Assembly: GCA_050179755.1 (NCBI GenBank)
Contig: JBFXEV010000001.1
Coordinates: forward strand, 137,994-201,993
DNA: 64,000 nucleotides
Reading direction: 5' to 3'
DNA from: Candidatus Babeliales bacterium
Lineage (GTDB): Bacteria > Babelota > Babeliae > Babelales > JBFXEV01
The notes below the pieces were generated by a model that was not told where the DNA came from, ran no database searches, and saw nothing but the letters and a program-made list of their open reading frames with translations. Every line of letters starts with the position of its first letter. Position 1 is the stretch's first letter. This document shows, piece by piece, positions 50,878 through 60,791 of the stretch. The position numbers and the translations under genes are program-made.

Positions 50878-51643
50878 TTTCTTTTTTTTCAGCAGATTTC
50901 TTTTTTTCTTGTAATACCAAACTATATATTTTAGATATCGTAGATTCTTCAATGTTGCTCAGAGGACAATGTTTTCCATGTTTTGATGGCGGGCATGATT
51001 TAAAACAGATCAGATCAAAACATGTTTGGCCCCATTTATTTCTTTTGATGACAGCCTCCCATACTCTACTCTGAAAAGCCTTAGCTTCTGTTTCTGGTAT
51101 GAGTGCTTCTTGCTGCTCAGCAGTTACATTTTTAAGCGGTCCTTGCGTAGAAAAAATAGCAAAGATAAGTTCTGATAAAATGTGTAAGCCTATAGCAAGT
51201 CCACTGGGGCCTTGAGGAACAACTCTAAAACATTTATGAAAAACAGTATCTCCTACTGCAGAATCTGTTTGCAATGAAAAATCTGCATCCCGTGCTAGTA
51301 GTAGACGAGCAACTTCCATGCGCTTTTCTATTTCTGGATACCATTTGTTATGTGACGTTAATGTTATCTTTCTTATTGCCCATTGAAGCGGTGGTAACCC
51401 AAAAGTGCCAAATTGATCTACTAAGGCGCCAGCTTCTAAAAGTGTCTGTACTGCTTCTTTATGGTCTAATGCCAATACTAAAGCAGTATGGTCATGTCCA
51501 TTTTTATAGTTTATATCCACATTACCTAGAAATGGCTTAATTAATGCAACATCACCTGTTTTTGCAGTGTCTAAAAAAGCTCTCTCCATACTATGTGCCA
51601 AATTACTTACTGCCAACAATAATAACAAGCATATCATGATCAA
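50867..51643 (-). CDS. Exported ankyrin-repeat protein with Cys/His-rich C-terminus
   Basis: Signal AHS-MER; HTALVLA, LLEAGA, PPLQWA, GDTVFH. Confidence 0.78.
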   Translation of the reverse strand: MIMICLLLLLAVSNLAHSMERAFLDTAKTGDVALIKPFLGNVDINYKNGHDHTALVLALDHKEAVQTLLEAGALVDQFGTFGLPPLQWAIRKITLTSHNKWYPEIEKRMEVARLLLARDADFSLQTDSAVGDTVFHKCFRVVPQGPSGLAIGLHILSELIFAIFSTQGPLKNVTAEQQEALIPETEAKAFQSRVWEAVIKRNKWGQTCFDLICFKSCPPSKHGKHCPLSNIEESTISKIYSLVLQEKKKSAEKKEISE

Positions 51644-51649
51644 AATCCC

Positions 51650-51859
51650 TTATTGATTATCTTTATTCATTATATGTGCACTATTTGCAACATCATAAAC
51701 ACGTTTCAATCGTTCTTCATCACAAAAGTTTACACATTTTTCGTGCGATAAGCCCTGGAGCATGATCTTTTTGGCAAATTGCTTTTGCAAGCACGTTATT
51801 ATTCATGCCCTGAGCACTAAAAGAAAGCAACACCAAAAACAAAAAAATACATATTGCAA
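51650..51859 (-). pseudogene. Probable deleted and frameshifted remnant of an exported ankyrin paralog
   Basis: GGGAG RBS, signal remnant LFLVLLSFSAQG-MNN, then ICQKDHAP/GLSHEKCVNFCDEERLKRVY in shifted frames, resembling the neighbour's C-terminus. Confidence 0.35.
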
Positions 51860-51924
51860 AACTCCCTAATGCGAGTAAACTATATTCTTTTAAAAAATAC
51901 TTACACAATCTTTTAGGAGGCCTT

Positions 51925-52677
51925 ATGAACCGTATACTTTTAGCACTAGCCTGCTCCCTTTCAATGGTTGGTTTAAGTTTAGCAAAGATTATTGAAAGCG
52001 ATACAGTTCTTGAAATTAAAAATTACTTAACCGCCGACTATGAACACACATTAGTTATCTTTGACATTGATAACACCCTTGCAGCACCAAAGCTAGAAAT
52101 TGGCAGCGATCAATGGGTTGATCATTTAGTGCGTGAAAAAATGAAACAAGGCCTTGATATGCAGCAAGCTTTTAATGCCGTGCTGCCCACCTATTTTCAT
52201 GTACAATTTAAAATTGCCATGCATCCTGTAGAAGATCTTACCCCACTCTTTATTAAAGAAATGCAAACACAGGGCGTTTCGGTAATTGCAATTACTGCAC
52301 GCTCTATTTATGTGGCTAGCCGCACGCTTGATCAACTTGATGATATAAATGTTAAGCTTGGTGTTCAAGGATATACAAATGAATTACATTTAAATATGCC
52401 TATTCCCTGCATATATATGCATGGTGTTATATTCTCTGGTAATAATGATAAGGGATTAGTACTTATTGAGCTTCTAAAAAACATCGATTACCTTCCAACT
52501 AAAATTATCTTTATTGATGATAAACTTAAAAATTTAACAGCAGTTGAATATGCTGCACAAAAATGTGGTATTGAGTTTATTGGTATTCGTTATACTCGTT
52601 GTGATGAACGAGTGGCAAATTTTAATCCGGTTAAAGCGCAAGAGCAGTTTGAGATGTTGCAACAGATTACTGGATAA
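51925..52677 (+). CDS. DUF2608-like exported HAD-superfamily protein
   Basis: AGGAGG RBS; VIFDIDNTL, ITAR, KG, IIFIDD. Confidence 0.8.
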   Translation: MNRILLALACSLSMVGLSLAKIIESDTVLEIKNYLTADYEHTLVIFDIDNTLAAPKLEIGSDQWVDHLVREKMKQGLDMQQAFNAVLPTYFHVQFKIAMHPVEDLTPLFIKEMQTQGVSVIAITARSIYVASRTLDQLDDINVKLGVQGYTNELHLNMPIPCIYMHGVIFSGNNDKGLVLIELLKNIDYLPTKIIFIDDKLKNLTAVEYAAQKCGIEFIGIRYTRCDERVANFNPVKAQEQFEMLQQITG

Positions 52678-52719
52678 TGATTTTACGTTAATAGATTGAA
52701 ATGATTCTTTAAGTTTTAG

Positions 52720-53287
52720 TAGAAGTTCGACTATAAAATCTACATTCTTTACCCCTGGTGCCGCTACGCGCGGCGACGCATGCCTTTTTCATGCGAAAAA
52801 GGACGCAAAAAGCATCAGCATGCTTCCGCCTACGCTAATCCAGGCCTTCATGGCTTGGCTAGCTTTGGCGGACAGGGCTGAACTGGCTGCCTGACCGCCG
52901 TAGCCTTGGCGAAGGCTGGTTCGCTGAAGACAAAACTACTGCACGCCTATTCAGGCGCAGTAGTGCTACAGCTCCATCAGACTTTTTTATTTTATCCACC
53001 TGAACTTACTATCACAGCTTATTCCTGTAAATAAGTTAAGCTTATAAATTAATGGTGAGCCAGTTGATATCCATCCACCTACACAACAATACACATAGAA
53101 GAATAACAATATGCGACGGCTAGAATTAACCCTGTGGATATTATAAGCTGGATGATAAGGTATGGGGAGCGCGAGGGATAGCATGCCCTCGCTGGTTTTT
53201 GCACCCTTTTTGCCACCAAAAAGGCGTGCGCCTGCCGCGCGTAGCGGCACCAGAGATAATGCACGTATAATATCAGTGGAACTTCTA
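52720..53287. mobile_element. MITE-like structured non-coding element, copy B, with nested REP-like insertions
   Basis: Outer IR TAGAAGTTC/GAACTTCTA; perfect 20-bp inner IR CTGGTGCCGCTACGCGCGGC (52755-52774 / 53234-53253); homologous to copy A. Confidence 0.7.
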
Positions 53288-53302
53288 AATATACATTATG
53301 TC

Positions 53303-54037
53303 TTATATCATTGACCGGATCATGCCTAGTCCAACAACAAAAGCCTGCTTTGCCCGCAACACCGTAGGCGTCAATTTACAAAAAACAACACCCTTTTTTC
53401 GCAAGACATCCTTTTCATTAATAGAAAGATCTGCCTCCGGGCCAATAATAAGAGTGATGGCTTTACTATTTTTCTTCTTTTTTAATTCTGAAATCACTTC
53501 ATAAGCGGATTTACCATCCGCATCAAAAAAGATCACGTCACCAGAAAGTTGTTTTATAACTTCATCAAATGTAATAGGCGCATGCAATCGTGGCATTGCA
53601 AACTGCTTTGATTGTTCACATGCTGCAATCATTATAGCATGAAGCCTCTCAAACTCTTTTGTTCCTGCCCATGCCCGGTGCACTTTTTCTGTAAACATTA
53701 ATTGAACTGAATTTGCACCAAGTTCAATAGCTGCATAAAGAACTTCTTCCAAAGCGTCACGCTTAAGTACTGGCACAATACAATTAACTTCTGGTAAAAG
53801 TTGCCGGACAATTTCAACATTTTGCACCGTAACTACACAGTGCTTTTTATCAAGAATAGTAATTACTACCTCAATGACAAATACGCCATCAAACAAAGTA
53901 AATGTTTCGCCAACGTTCAAACGCAATACTTTGTTAATTCGTTGCAATAAGGCCGCATCTGTTAGAACAATCTGTTTTTGATCTTTTATTAGCTGCTTAT
54001 AATAGAATGCAAACTCATGCTTAGCCGATGTGCTCAT
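53303..54037 (-). CDS. rsmE: 16S rRNA m3U1498 methyltransferase
   Basis: VLRL, ELGA, AACEQS, IIGPE, VLRA SPOUT motifs. Confidence 0.88.
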   Translation of the reverse strand: MSTSAKHEFAFYYKQLIKDQKQIVLTDAALLQRINKVLRLNVGETFTLFDGVFVIEVVITILDKKHCVVTVQNVEIVRQLLPEVNCIVPVLKRDALEEVLYAAIELGANSVQLMFTEKVHRAWAGTKEFERLHAIMIAACEQSKQFAMPRLHAPITFDEVIKQLSGDVIFFDADGKSAYEVISELKKKKNSKAITLIIGPEADLSINEKDVLRKKGVVFCKLTPTVLRAKQAFVVGLGMIRSMI

Positions 54038-54389
54038 TAAGTACCCATGATTTAAATCTTACTACATTAGTACGAACACGTGCCCACATATTTTCAATAT
54101 AACTGCGCATTGCAAGATACCCAATAAGCATTTTAAGACCAAATTGCCGCATGAGAATAGTCGCTTGTGAAGGAGGCGTTGGTTTTTCGGCGAATTCTTC
54201 TAAAGCTTCAATTTCTTCTTCTTCCGCATCGTGCTTATGTATTTCTAATTGTTCATCATCATCTACTTCTAGAATATCTGTGAATTCAAAATCTGATGAC
54301 TCGCCATCAATGATCAGATTTTCATTGTCTGCATACATCGCAATAAAAAAGTTTAGGCAAATGAAATGAAATAAAAATTTTTTATTCAT
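54021..54389 (-). CDS. Exported acidic hypothetical protein
   Basis: GGAG RBS before MNKKF; signal peptide; overlaps the rsmE start. Confidence 0.6.
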   Translation of the reverse strand: MNKKFLFHFICLNFFIAMYADNENLIIDGESSDFEFTDILEVDDDEQLEIHKHDAEEEEIEALEEFAEKPTPPSQATILMRQFGLKMLIGYLAMRSYIENMWARVRTNVVRFKSWVLNEHIG

Positions 54390-54473
54390 ATGAACTCCAC
54401 ATAAAAGATTTATCTTTACAATATTATAAATAAAAATTAGCATATCAAATTCAAAAAAATTGACGAGAAATAA

Positions 54474-54501
54474 TTGACAATCACTTTTCTCTTGATATGA
54501 T
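54474..54501 (+). promoter_or_regulatory. Putative sigma70 promoter for the OMP gene
   Basis: TTGACA-N16-TATGAT with extended -10 TG. Confidence 0.55.
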
Positions 54502-54578
54502 GCTACTATACCATATATACTGATAATAGAAAAACGTAGAACATTAATAAGCATATTTTCTTAACAGAAAGGAATCGT

Positions 54579-55460
54579 ATGAAACATCTTTGCAGAGCGT
54601 TGTCTCTTGCTACACTTTTCTGTGCATCACTTGCACAGGCAAACCACTTTGACAATAACAATTTGTCATTGAATGTTGGTCCAACATTCAACTATGCGCG
54701 GTTTAGATTCTTCCAACAAGATGGTGATACTATCACAAGATTACCTGGAAATACTACTGGCTATATGGCTGGTATTCATGCCGATTTGACATATCAAGCA
54801 TGTTGCGGTGTATTTGCACGTCTTCGTTTTGATGGCAGATGGAATGCAGGTAATTTTAACCGTAATTTCTTATTTGGTACTGAAACGTTCTTTAGAAGCG
54901 ACCGTTTCAAAGTAAGAGACTATCGTCCAGAATTTAACATTGGTTACACATTTGCATTTGGCGATTGCTGTGATTTCTCAGTAACTCCATATACTGGTGT
55001 GGGCCTTATCCAATTGCAAGTAAACAGAAGATTCCCTGATACTACAGGAGTAATTGATCCAGCAATAGCACGTGACACTCGTCGCAGAGACGTATACGTA
55101 CCAGTTGGTGTGCAACTTGATTGGGCGCGTAGCGAATGTTTTGGCATTGGTTTAAATGCTGAGTATCGTATTGGTGTGTGGAATCGTTTTGAAAGAAACT
55201 TCTTTAATACCGCGACAACAAGACAACGCATCAGAACTCGCAGAGCAGATAGCTTCTTAGTTGAAGTTCCATTAACATGGCAAAAAGAAACATGCCATTG
55301 CTTTGACTGGCAGTTCCGCGTAGTTCCTTACTTTGATTGGACTCGTTGGGGCGGATTGCGCCGTGATGAACCAGTCGTTACGCCACCTTTAACTACAGCT
55401 GACGCACGTCTTCGTATGTGGTATGTAGGTTTACACATCGACTTTGGTGTTAACTTCTAA
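54579..55460 (+). CDS. Cysteine-containing outer-membrane beta-barrel protein
   Basis: Signal AQA, alternating amphipathic strands (IGYTF, VTPYTGVG), terminal LHIDFGVNF. Confidence 0.8.
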   Translation: MKHLCRALSLATLFCASLAQANHFDNNNLSLNVGPTFNYARFRFFQQDGDTITRLPGNTTGYMAGIHADLTYQACCGVFARLRFDGRWNAGNFNRNFLFGTETFFRSDRFKVRDYRPEFNIGYTFAFGDCCDFSVTPYTGVGLIQLQVNRRFPDTTGVIDPAIARDTRRRDVYVPVGVQLDWARSECFGIGLNAEYRIGVWNRFERNFFNTATTRQRIRTRRADSFLVEVPLTWQKETCHCFDWQFRVVPYFDWTRWGGLRRDEPVVTPPLTTADARLRMWYVGLHIDFGVNF

Positions 55461-55513
55461 ACTGTAAATAAATATAAAGCACAGTCCAAACCCTGCGCTT
55501 TAATAAAATCCGT

Positions 55514-55547
55514 AAAAGCCACTCAGAATATTCTGAGTGGCTTTTTT
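55514..55547 (+). terminator. Intrinsic terminator
   Basis: AAAAGCCACTCAGAATATTCTGAGTGGCTTTTTT. Confidence 0.88.
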
Positions 55548-55589
55548 AATTTTATACCTAACGCTCACCCACTCAGAAAAAGGAACATT

Positions 55590-57101
55590 ATGCACGCACC
55601 TACCATGCTAGTAATTTTAGATGGCTTTGGATGGAGTACCAACACCGCGCATAACGCAATCGCCACAGCACATACGCCACATCTTGATTATTTGCTTGCA
55701 CATTATCCGCACACGCTACTTAAAGCATCAGGCACCGCTGTAGGCTTACCTCATGATACCATTGGTAATTCAGAAGTTGGTCATGAAACTATTGGCGCAG
55801 GGCGCATTATACCTCAAGCATTCGCTCGCATACATACCGCAGTTGAAAATGGAAGTTTAAAAAAAAATCCGGTAATACAGCAACAATTTTTGGCACTTGC
55901 ACGTTCAGGCCACGCATTACATTTTGCAGGATTGCTTTCTGATGCTGGCGTGCATAGCCATATTGAACATCTGTTTGCACTTCTTACTTGTGCAAAAGAA
56001 TATGAAATAAAAAAAGTATATATTCATGGCTTTCTCGATGGGCGTGACGTTGCACCAGAAACTGCTTCTTATTATCTTACTGAACTGCAAGCATATTGTG
56101 ATCAATTAAAAATTGGCACGCTTGCAAGCATTATTGGCAGATTCTATCCCATGGACCGTGACCACAATTGGGATCGCACTGAAATTGCCTATGATCTTAT
56201 GACAGAATCTCAGCACAGTGATTATCACACGTGGCAACAAGCACTCAACGCCTATTATCACAATAATATCACCGATGAGTTTATACCACCCACACAACTT
56301 GACGCCCAAGGCATACTAAAAGATGGAGACGGTCTTCTCTTTTTTAATTTTCGGCCAGATCGTGCGCGCCAATTACATGCGTGCTTTGCGTATCCACAAT
56401 CAGTACCATTTCCAACACGTAATCTACATCTTGCGTTTTGCAGTACCATGACTTCTTATGATAGGCAGATGCCAAAGCAGAGCGTGTTATTCCCTAAAGA
56501 ACCAATCCCGCATACGCTTAAAGAAGTTTTAAGCACGCATAATAAAACAGTATTTTCTATTGCAGAAACAGAAAAATATGCGCATATCACCTACTTTTTT
56601 GGTGGTGGTTCAGAGCATGCGTTCCCCCATGAAACACAAATACTCATACCATCCATCCCAGCAAAAAATTATATAGAGCTTGCGTGCATGTCAGCCCCTG
56701 AGATAACCAAAACAGTTATAGATTCACTCACAACTAGTCCACAAGACTTTTATCTTATCAATTATGCAAATGCGGATATGGTTGGCCATTCAGGAGATTT
56801 TCAAGCAACTGTCAAAGCCATTGAATGTCTTGATGAACAATTAGGAATACTTTATGATACGGTTGTTACTAAATTAAACGGCACCCTCTATATTACTGGG
56901 GATCATGGCAAAGCAGAAAATATGTATGATGAAAAAGCGCAACAACCAAAAACTGCACATACTAATAATCCTGTACCTTTTATAATGGCACAACAAAAAT
57001 TAAAAGGGCAAGTTCATACACTTGCCCTTACGCAATTAAAAGATATTGCACCGTTTATACTTAAGAACCTGGGATTACCTATTCCTCTTGAAATGGAATA
57101 A
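55590..57101 (+). CDS. gpmI: 2,3-bisphosphoglycerate-independent phosphoglycerate mutase
   Basis: ILDGFG, GNSEVGH, DGRD, NFRPDRA, AETEKYAH, DMVGHSG, GDHG. Confidence 0.96.
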   Translation: MHAPTMLVILDGFGWSTNTAHNAIATAHTPHLDYLLAHYPHTLLKASGTAVGLPHDTIGNSEVGHETIGAGRIIPQAFARIHTAVENGSLKKNPVIQQQFLALARSGHALHFAGLLSDAGVHSHIEHLFALLTCAKEYEIKKVYIHGFLDGRDVAPETASYYLTELQAYCDQLKIGTLASIIGRFYPMDRDHNWDRTEIAYDLMTESQHSDYHTWQQALNAYYHNNITDEFIPPTQLDAQGILKDGDGLLFFNFRPDRARQLHACFAYPQSVPFPTRNLHLAFCSTMTSYDRQMPKQSVLFPKEPIPHTLKEVLSTHNKTVFSIAETEKYAHITYFFGGGSEHAFPHETQILIPSIPAKNYIELACMSAPEITKTVIDSLTTSPQDFYLINYANADMVGHSGDFQATVKAIECLDEQLGILYDTVVTKLNGTLYITGDHGKAENMYDEKAQQPKTAHTNNPVPFIMAQQKLKGQVHTLALTQLKDIAPFILKNLGLPIPLEME

Positions 57102-57948
57102 GAGCTACATGATGATCATAATATTCTGCGAGTTTTTTATACACATATACGTTTGCAAGAAGCACAAAGGGTATCATAAGCGCTACGCAAAAAAGTGCAC
57201 ATAACGCCAAAAACGTGGGAACAATTGCTGCGATATACCATCCTTGACTCACTGCAGTAACTGCAGCTGCTAGATTTAATATGGCAATAAAACTAAATAT
57301 GACAGGTATTAATCCCAAAAGTATTTCAAAAATAATGATACGCAGCACTGACCCGCGCGTTATCTCGTAACTGCGCACCAAAGAAGCAATGGCAGTGCTT
57401 TTTGTATCAACAATTGGGTAAGGGTAAAACCCCAATCGCGCGTTGAGAATTATCCAAAGAATGAACAAAACAATAGACATTATAAAGCTAACCATCGTCA
57501 AAGTCGCACCCGTTATTCCAACAATTACACCAATAAGCGCAAGCGGAAGAGCGCATACCAAAATAAGTAGCAGTAGGCAAAGGGAAAAAAGAATAAAAGC
57601 AAAAAGATAGGTAAGTACTAAATTGAATGAAGAAAATAAACGCATAACTTCGCTTGTGTTGCGTTCGTAAATATCAAATAGCACCCGCAGAAGGCCAAGG
57701 CGGATCATGCCAATCGTACAAAGCGTCACCGCCAACATATACCCAAAAGTAAGCACTAGAGGAATAACAGAAAGATAACTGTTTTGAGTCATCTTAAGAA
57801 ATAAACCAAGTGGCACAAAGCCTAAAGAAAGCACAAGTTCCACTATAAATACAACAATCGCAACTTTGAGCAATAAAAAAAGATGCTCAATAGATTTGCT
57901 CCAGCCAAATTTAAAGGCCTCACGAATAGAAAATGCTTTACCTAACAT
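57079..57948 (-). CDS. Integral membrane protein (DUF975/GPDPase-membrane-like)
   Basis: AAGGAG RBS before MLGKAFSIREAFKFGW; multiple TM helices; AIASLVRSYEITRG. Confidence 0.7.
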   Translation of the reverse strand: MLGKAFSIREAFKFGWSKSIEHLFLLLKVAIVVFIVELVLSLGFVPLGLFLKMTQNSYLSVIPLVLTFGYMLAVTLCTIGMIRLGLLRVLFDIYERNTSEVMRLFSSFNLVLTYLFAFILFSLCLLLLILVCALPLALIGVIVGITGATLTMVSFIMSIVLFILWIILNARLGFYPYPIVDTKSTAIASLVRSYEITRGSVLRIIIFEILLGLIPVIFSFIAILNLAAAVTAVSQGWYIAAIVPTFLALCALFCVALMIPFVLLANVYVYKKLAEYYDHHVALIPFQEE

Positions 57949-58116
57949 AGACACTCCTTTTGAATAACATACCGCTTTATAACTACTTGTAGTATACCAA
58001 ATGGGAAAATCAAAGCGCAATGACCCAAAACGCTGCCATAGAGATTTGCCAACAATGAAATTGCGCTTTAAACTCTTAAAGGTGAAACTCTCATAGATTT
58101 GAAAGGAACATGCCCC

Positions 58117-59322
58117 ATGAAAGATTCTAATCCGCAAGCCTGTTGGTTTAAACTTTCCGTTCTCTTTTTTTTTGCGCTATCTAAACCACTACAGGCAAGA
58201 ACACTTTTGATGATAGAAGGCAATACGGGCGCTGGCAAAACAACACTTTCTCGACTTATTGAACGTGAATTACATGCACATATTATTGAAGAGCCCATTG
58301 AAAAATGGCGCAAAGTTGGTGATACGGGCAACTTGCTCGATCTTCACTTAAATCAACGTAATCGTTGGGGCTACACATTCCAAACATATGCGTGCTCTAC
58401 ATTTATGCAAGCATGTTTAGAAGCAGATCAAACAATAGAACTTCATGTTTCAGATAGATCTGCCTATTCGGGTATATACTGTTTTTCGCGCATGATGATG
58501 GAAGAAGGTTCACTCACTCCGCTTGAATGGTATATTTATAAAGAACGTTTTGAATGGCTTACTGATTTACTCCCATGCAAAGCAGATGGTTTTATTTATT
58601 TACGCACAACGCCAGCCAATTGCATGGAACGAGCAAATACTCGCCATAGACCAGAAGAGTCGGCATTAACTATGGATTTCTTTGAACCGCTTCATCGCTT
58701 TCATGAGGAATGGCTTATTGATAAAAAAAATGTTGCCCCAAACTTAAAAGATATACCAGTATTAGTGCTTGATGGCAATCTTGATTTTAAATGTGATCCT
58801 TCAATACAAAAACAATTTATTGAGCAAATAAAAATTTTTATACAAGAAGTTAACACTTATAAACACGCAAACATTACCACACCACCAGAACAAATACCAT
58901 TTGGAACAAATATGATAGATCATACCTCTTTTGCTGTACATAATTATGCACAAAGCCTCACGTTTTATGATGCAACGCTTGATTGCCTTGGTTATGAACG
59001 TATATTCACTATAGACATGGAGCACGTTCAAACAGCAGGTTACGGTACTAATGGAAAACCTTCATTTTGGATAAGCCCTATGGGCAAAGAGAATGAAGAA
59101 ATTGGCAAAGCGCGCGGCGTGCATGTTGCCTTTTTGGCGCATTCAGTCGAAGAAGTGCAAGATTGGTATGCAAAATGTTTAGAACTGGGCGGCACTGATA
59201 ATGGCAAACCAGGACCACGGCCTGAATATCACCCCGGTTATTATGGTGCATTTATTGTTGATCCTAATGGCTGGCGCATTGAAGCATGCCTGCATGATTA
59301 TAATCCCTCAACTAGTCGCTAA
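58117..59322 (+). CDS. Deoxynucleoside kinase fused to a VOC (glyoxalase-like) domain
   Basis: IEGNTGAGKTT, EPIEKW, DRS, IYLRT, RHRPEE; from 58912 MIDH...HVAF...DPNGWRIE. Confidence 0.85.
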   Translation: MKDSNPQACWFKLSVLFFFALSKPLQARTLLMIEGNTGAGKTTLSRLIERELHAHIIEEPIEKWRKVGDTGNLLDLHLNQRNRWGYTFQTYACSTFMQACLEADQTIELHVSDRSAYSGIYCFSRMMMEEGSLTPLEWYIYKERFEWLTDLLPCKADGFIYLRTTPANCMERANTRHRPEESALTMDFFEPLHRFHEEWLIDKKNVAPNLKDIPVLVLDGNLDFKCDPSIQKQFIEQIKIFIQEVNTYKHANITTPPEQIPFGTNMIDHTSFAVHNYAQSLTFYDATLDCLGYERIFTIDMEHVQTAGYGTNGKPSFWISPMGKENEEIGKARGVHVAFLAHSVEEVQDWYAKCLELGGTDNGKPGPRPEYHPGYYGAFIVDPNGWRIEACLHDYNPSTSR

Positions 59323-59610
59323 GCTCCGCGCCGCAGCGCCACAGCGCATGTTTTTATCCTGCCCGTGAAATTATTGGAATAAAATCGCTTCCATTTGCAC
59401 AATTACAAATATAAAATAAATCATTAATTATAATAAGAAATAGACGTTTTTATAAAATATAGTTATTCTAGATAGAGTCATACAACGCCTTGAAAAGTAA
59501 AGAATTATTAACTAATTCCAGCTATTAATGCAGAGAAGTGACAATTAGAGTGAAAGAGGCATGAATCGTGTCATCTTTAATTTTTTTATCTATTACAGAG
59601 AAGGTTTTTC

Positions 59611-60144
59611 ATGAAACAAAAACTCCTTATACTGATCGCATCAACTGTTATGACACTTTCATCAGTTAATGCTGAACCTATTCTTAATCCACAAAGAAAA
59701 GCTGAAGTAACAGAAGTATTTCAAAACCTCAATACGAATGCTCCAGATGAAGCAAAACAATATTATAAGCTTTGGTATACTAATTTTCTGACTATGTCAG
59801 ATCTTTACATCCAATATGCAGATTTAGTAATACAAGATCCTGAGCAAGCAAATAATGAATTGAAAATTAAGTTATTTAACGACATGGCATCAATTTCACT
59901 AAATTTCCAATCTAAAATCCTAGAAATATGCTTGGAGGATGGAAAACGCAACCGCGTTGAGCATTTTGATAAATCTACTAAAGGTAGACGTTTACATGAA
60001 ATTACGGGTTGTTTAGATTACGTATTGGAAAGCCAATTAGCAACAATATGTGATAAGAATTGTCCTCTCCGTTTAGAAGAAAGACGTGCTGCCGTAATTG
60101 AATTAAAGAATCACATGCTAAGCCTTAAAAACTTAGTAGAATAG
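59611..60144 (+). CDS. Exported helical hypothetical protein
   Basis: Signal VNA-EP, 177 aa. Confidence 0.65.
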   Translation: MKQKLLILIASTVMTLSSVNAEPILNPQRKAEVTEVFQNLNTNAPDEAKQYYKLWYTNFLTMSDLYIQYADLVIQDPEQANNELKIKLFNDMASISLNFQSKILEICLEDGKRNRVEHFDKSTKGRRLHEITGCLDYVLESQLATICDKNCPLRLEERRAAVIELKNHMLSLKNLVE

Positions 60145-60183
60145 TTCCTAATTTATACAACTCATTTATTTTTAAAAAATTGT

Positions 60184-60214
60184 AAGGGCAGGGAATAAAT
60201 CACCTGCCCTTTTT
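60184..60214. terminator. Terminator between convergent genes
   Basis: AAGGGCAGG...CCTGCCCTTTTT. Confidence 0.75.
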
Positions 60215-60264
60215 CATACAAACTTATTAACTGCTTCGCCATGAGCGCATTAATTAAAGGCCTC

Positions 60265-60780
60265 TTAATTCATGGTAAGAGCTTGTTTTAGTTCGCGCTT
60301 AAACTTATATTGGCCATTATCAAAAACCTCTAGTGAGGCTTGTTCACCCTTTCTAAGATTCACTGGAGCTTGATACCATCCACTGTTTATATGACGCCAC
60401 TTAAAAGTTTGAATGCCAGAATGCTCTACGGTAAAAGTAACTGATTGGGGATCCCAATACGATTGATACGGCGCAATAGACGTTTTTGTCTTAGCATTTT
60501 TGCTATTTACCGTATCTGGATCTGTATAACTTTCCAATACCATACAGCGGGCCATATTGTATACCTTAAGTGAAGATTTAGACGCTTTGTCAAGCCAATA
60601 CACCGCTGCAACAAAGCTGGCACAAAACGCAATAGTAACTAGCACCGATTCATCATCTTTTGCCATGTTCCATGCATAATCAAGTATGCCTTGACCACGA
60701 GCATGAGACTCCATGCTTTTAGCTGGCAATGCAATGCTTGTTAAAAACACTATCATGCTAAGTTTTTTAATCATCTTCAT
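60265..60780 (-). CDS. Exported hypothetical protein
   Basis: AAGGA RBS, signal PAKS-MES, second hydrophobic segment. Confidence 0.65.
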   Translation of the reverse strand: MKMIKKLSMIVFLTSIALPAKSMESHARGQGILDYAWNMAKDDESVLVTIAFCASFVAAVYWLDKASKSSLKVYNMARCMVLESYTDPDTVNSKNAKTKTSIAPYQSYWDPQSVTFTVEHSGIQTFKWRHINSGWYQAPVNLRKGEQASLEVFDNGQYKFKRELKQALTMN

Positions 60781-60791
60781 AAGCGTTCCTT

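Noticed and set aside
52987..53264. ORFs 52987-53250, 53079-53264 and the similar 24627-24854 as a small protein family
   Set aside because: Similarity comes from the repeat element; frames are not conserved between copies because of indels, and stems covary as a nucleic-acid structure would
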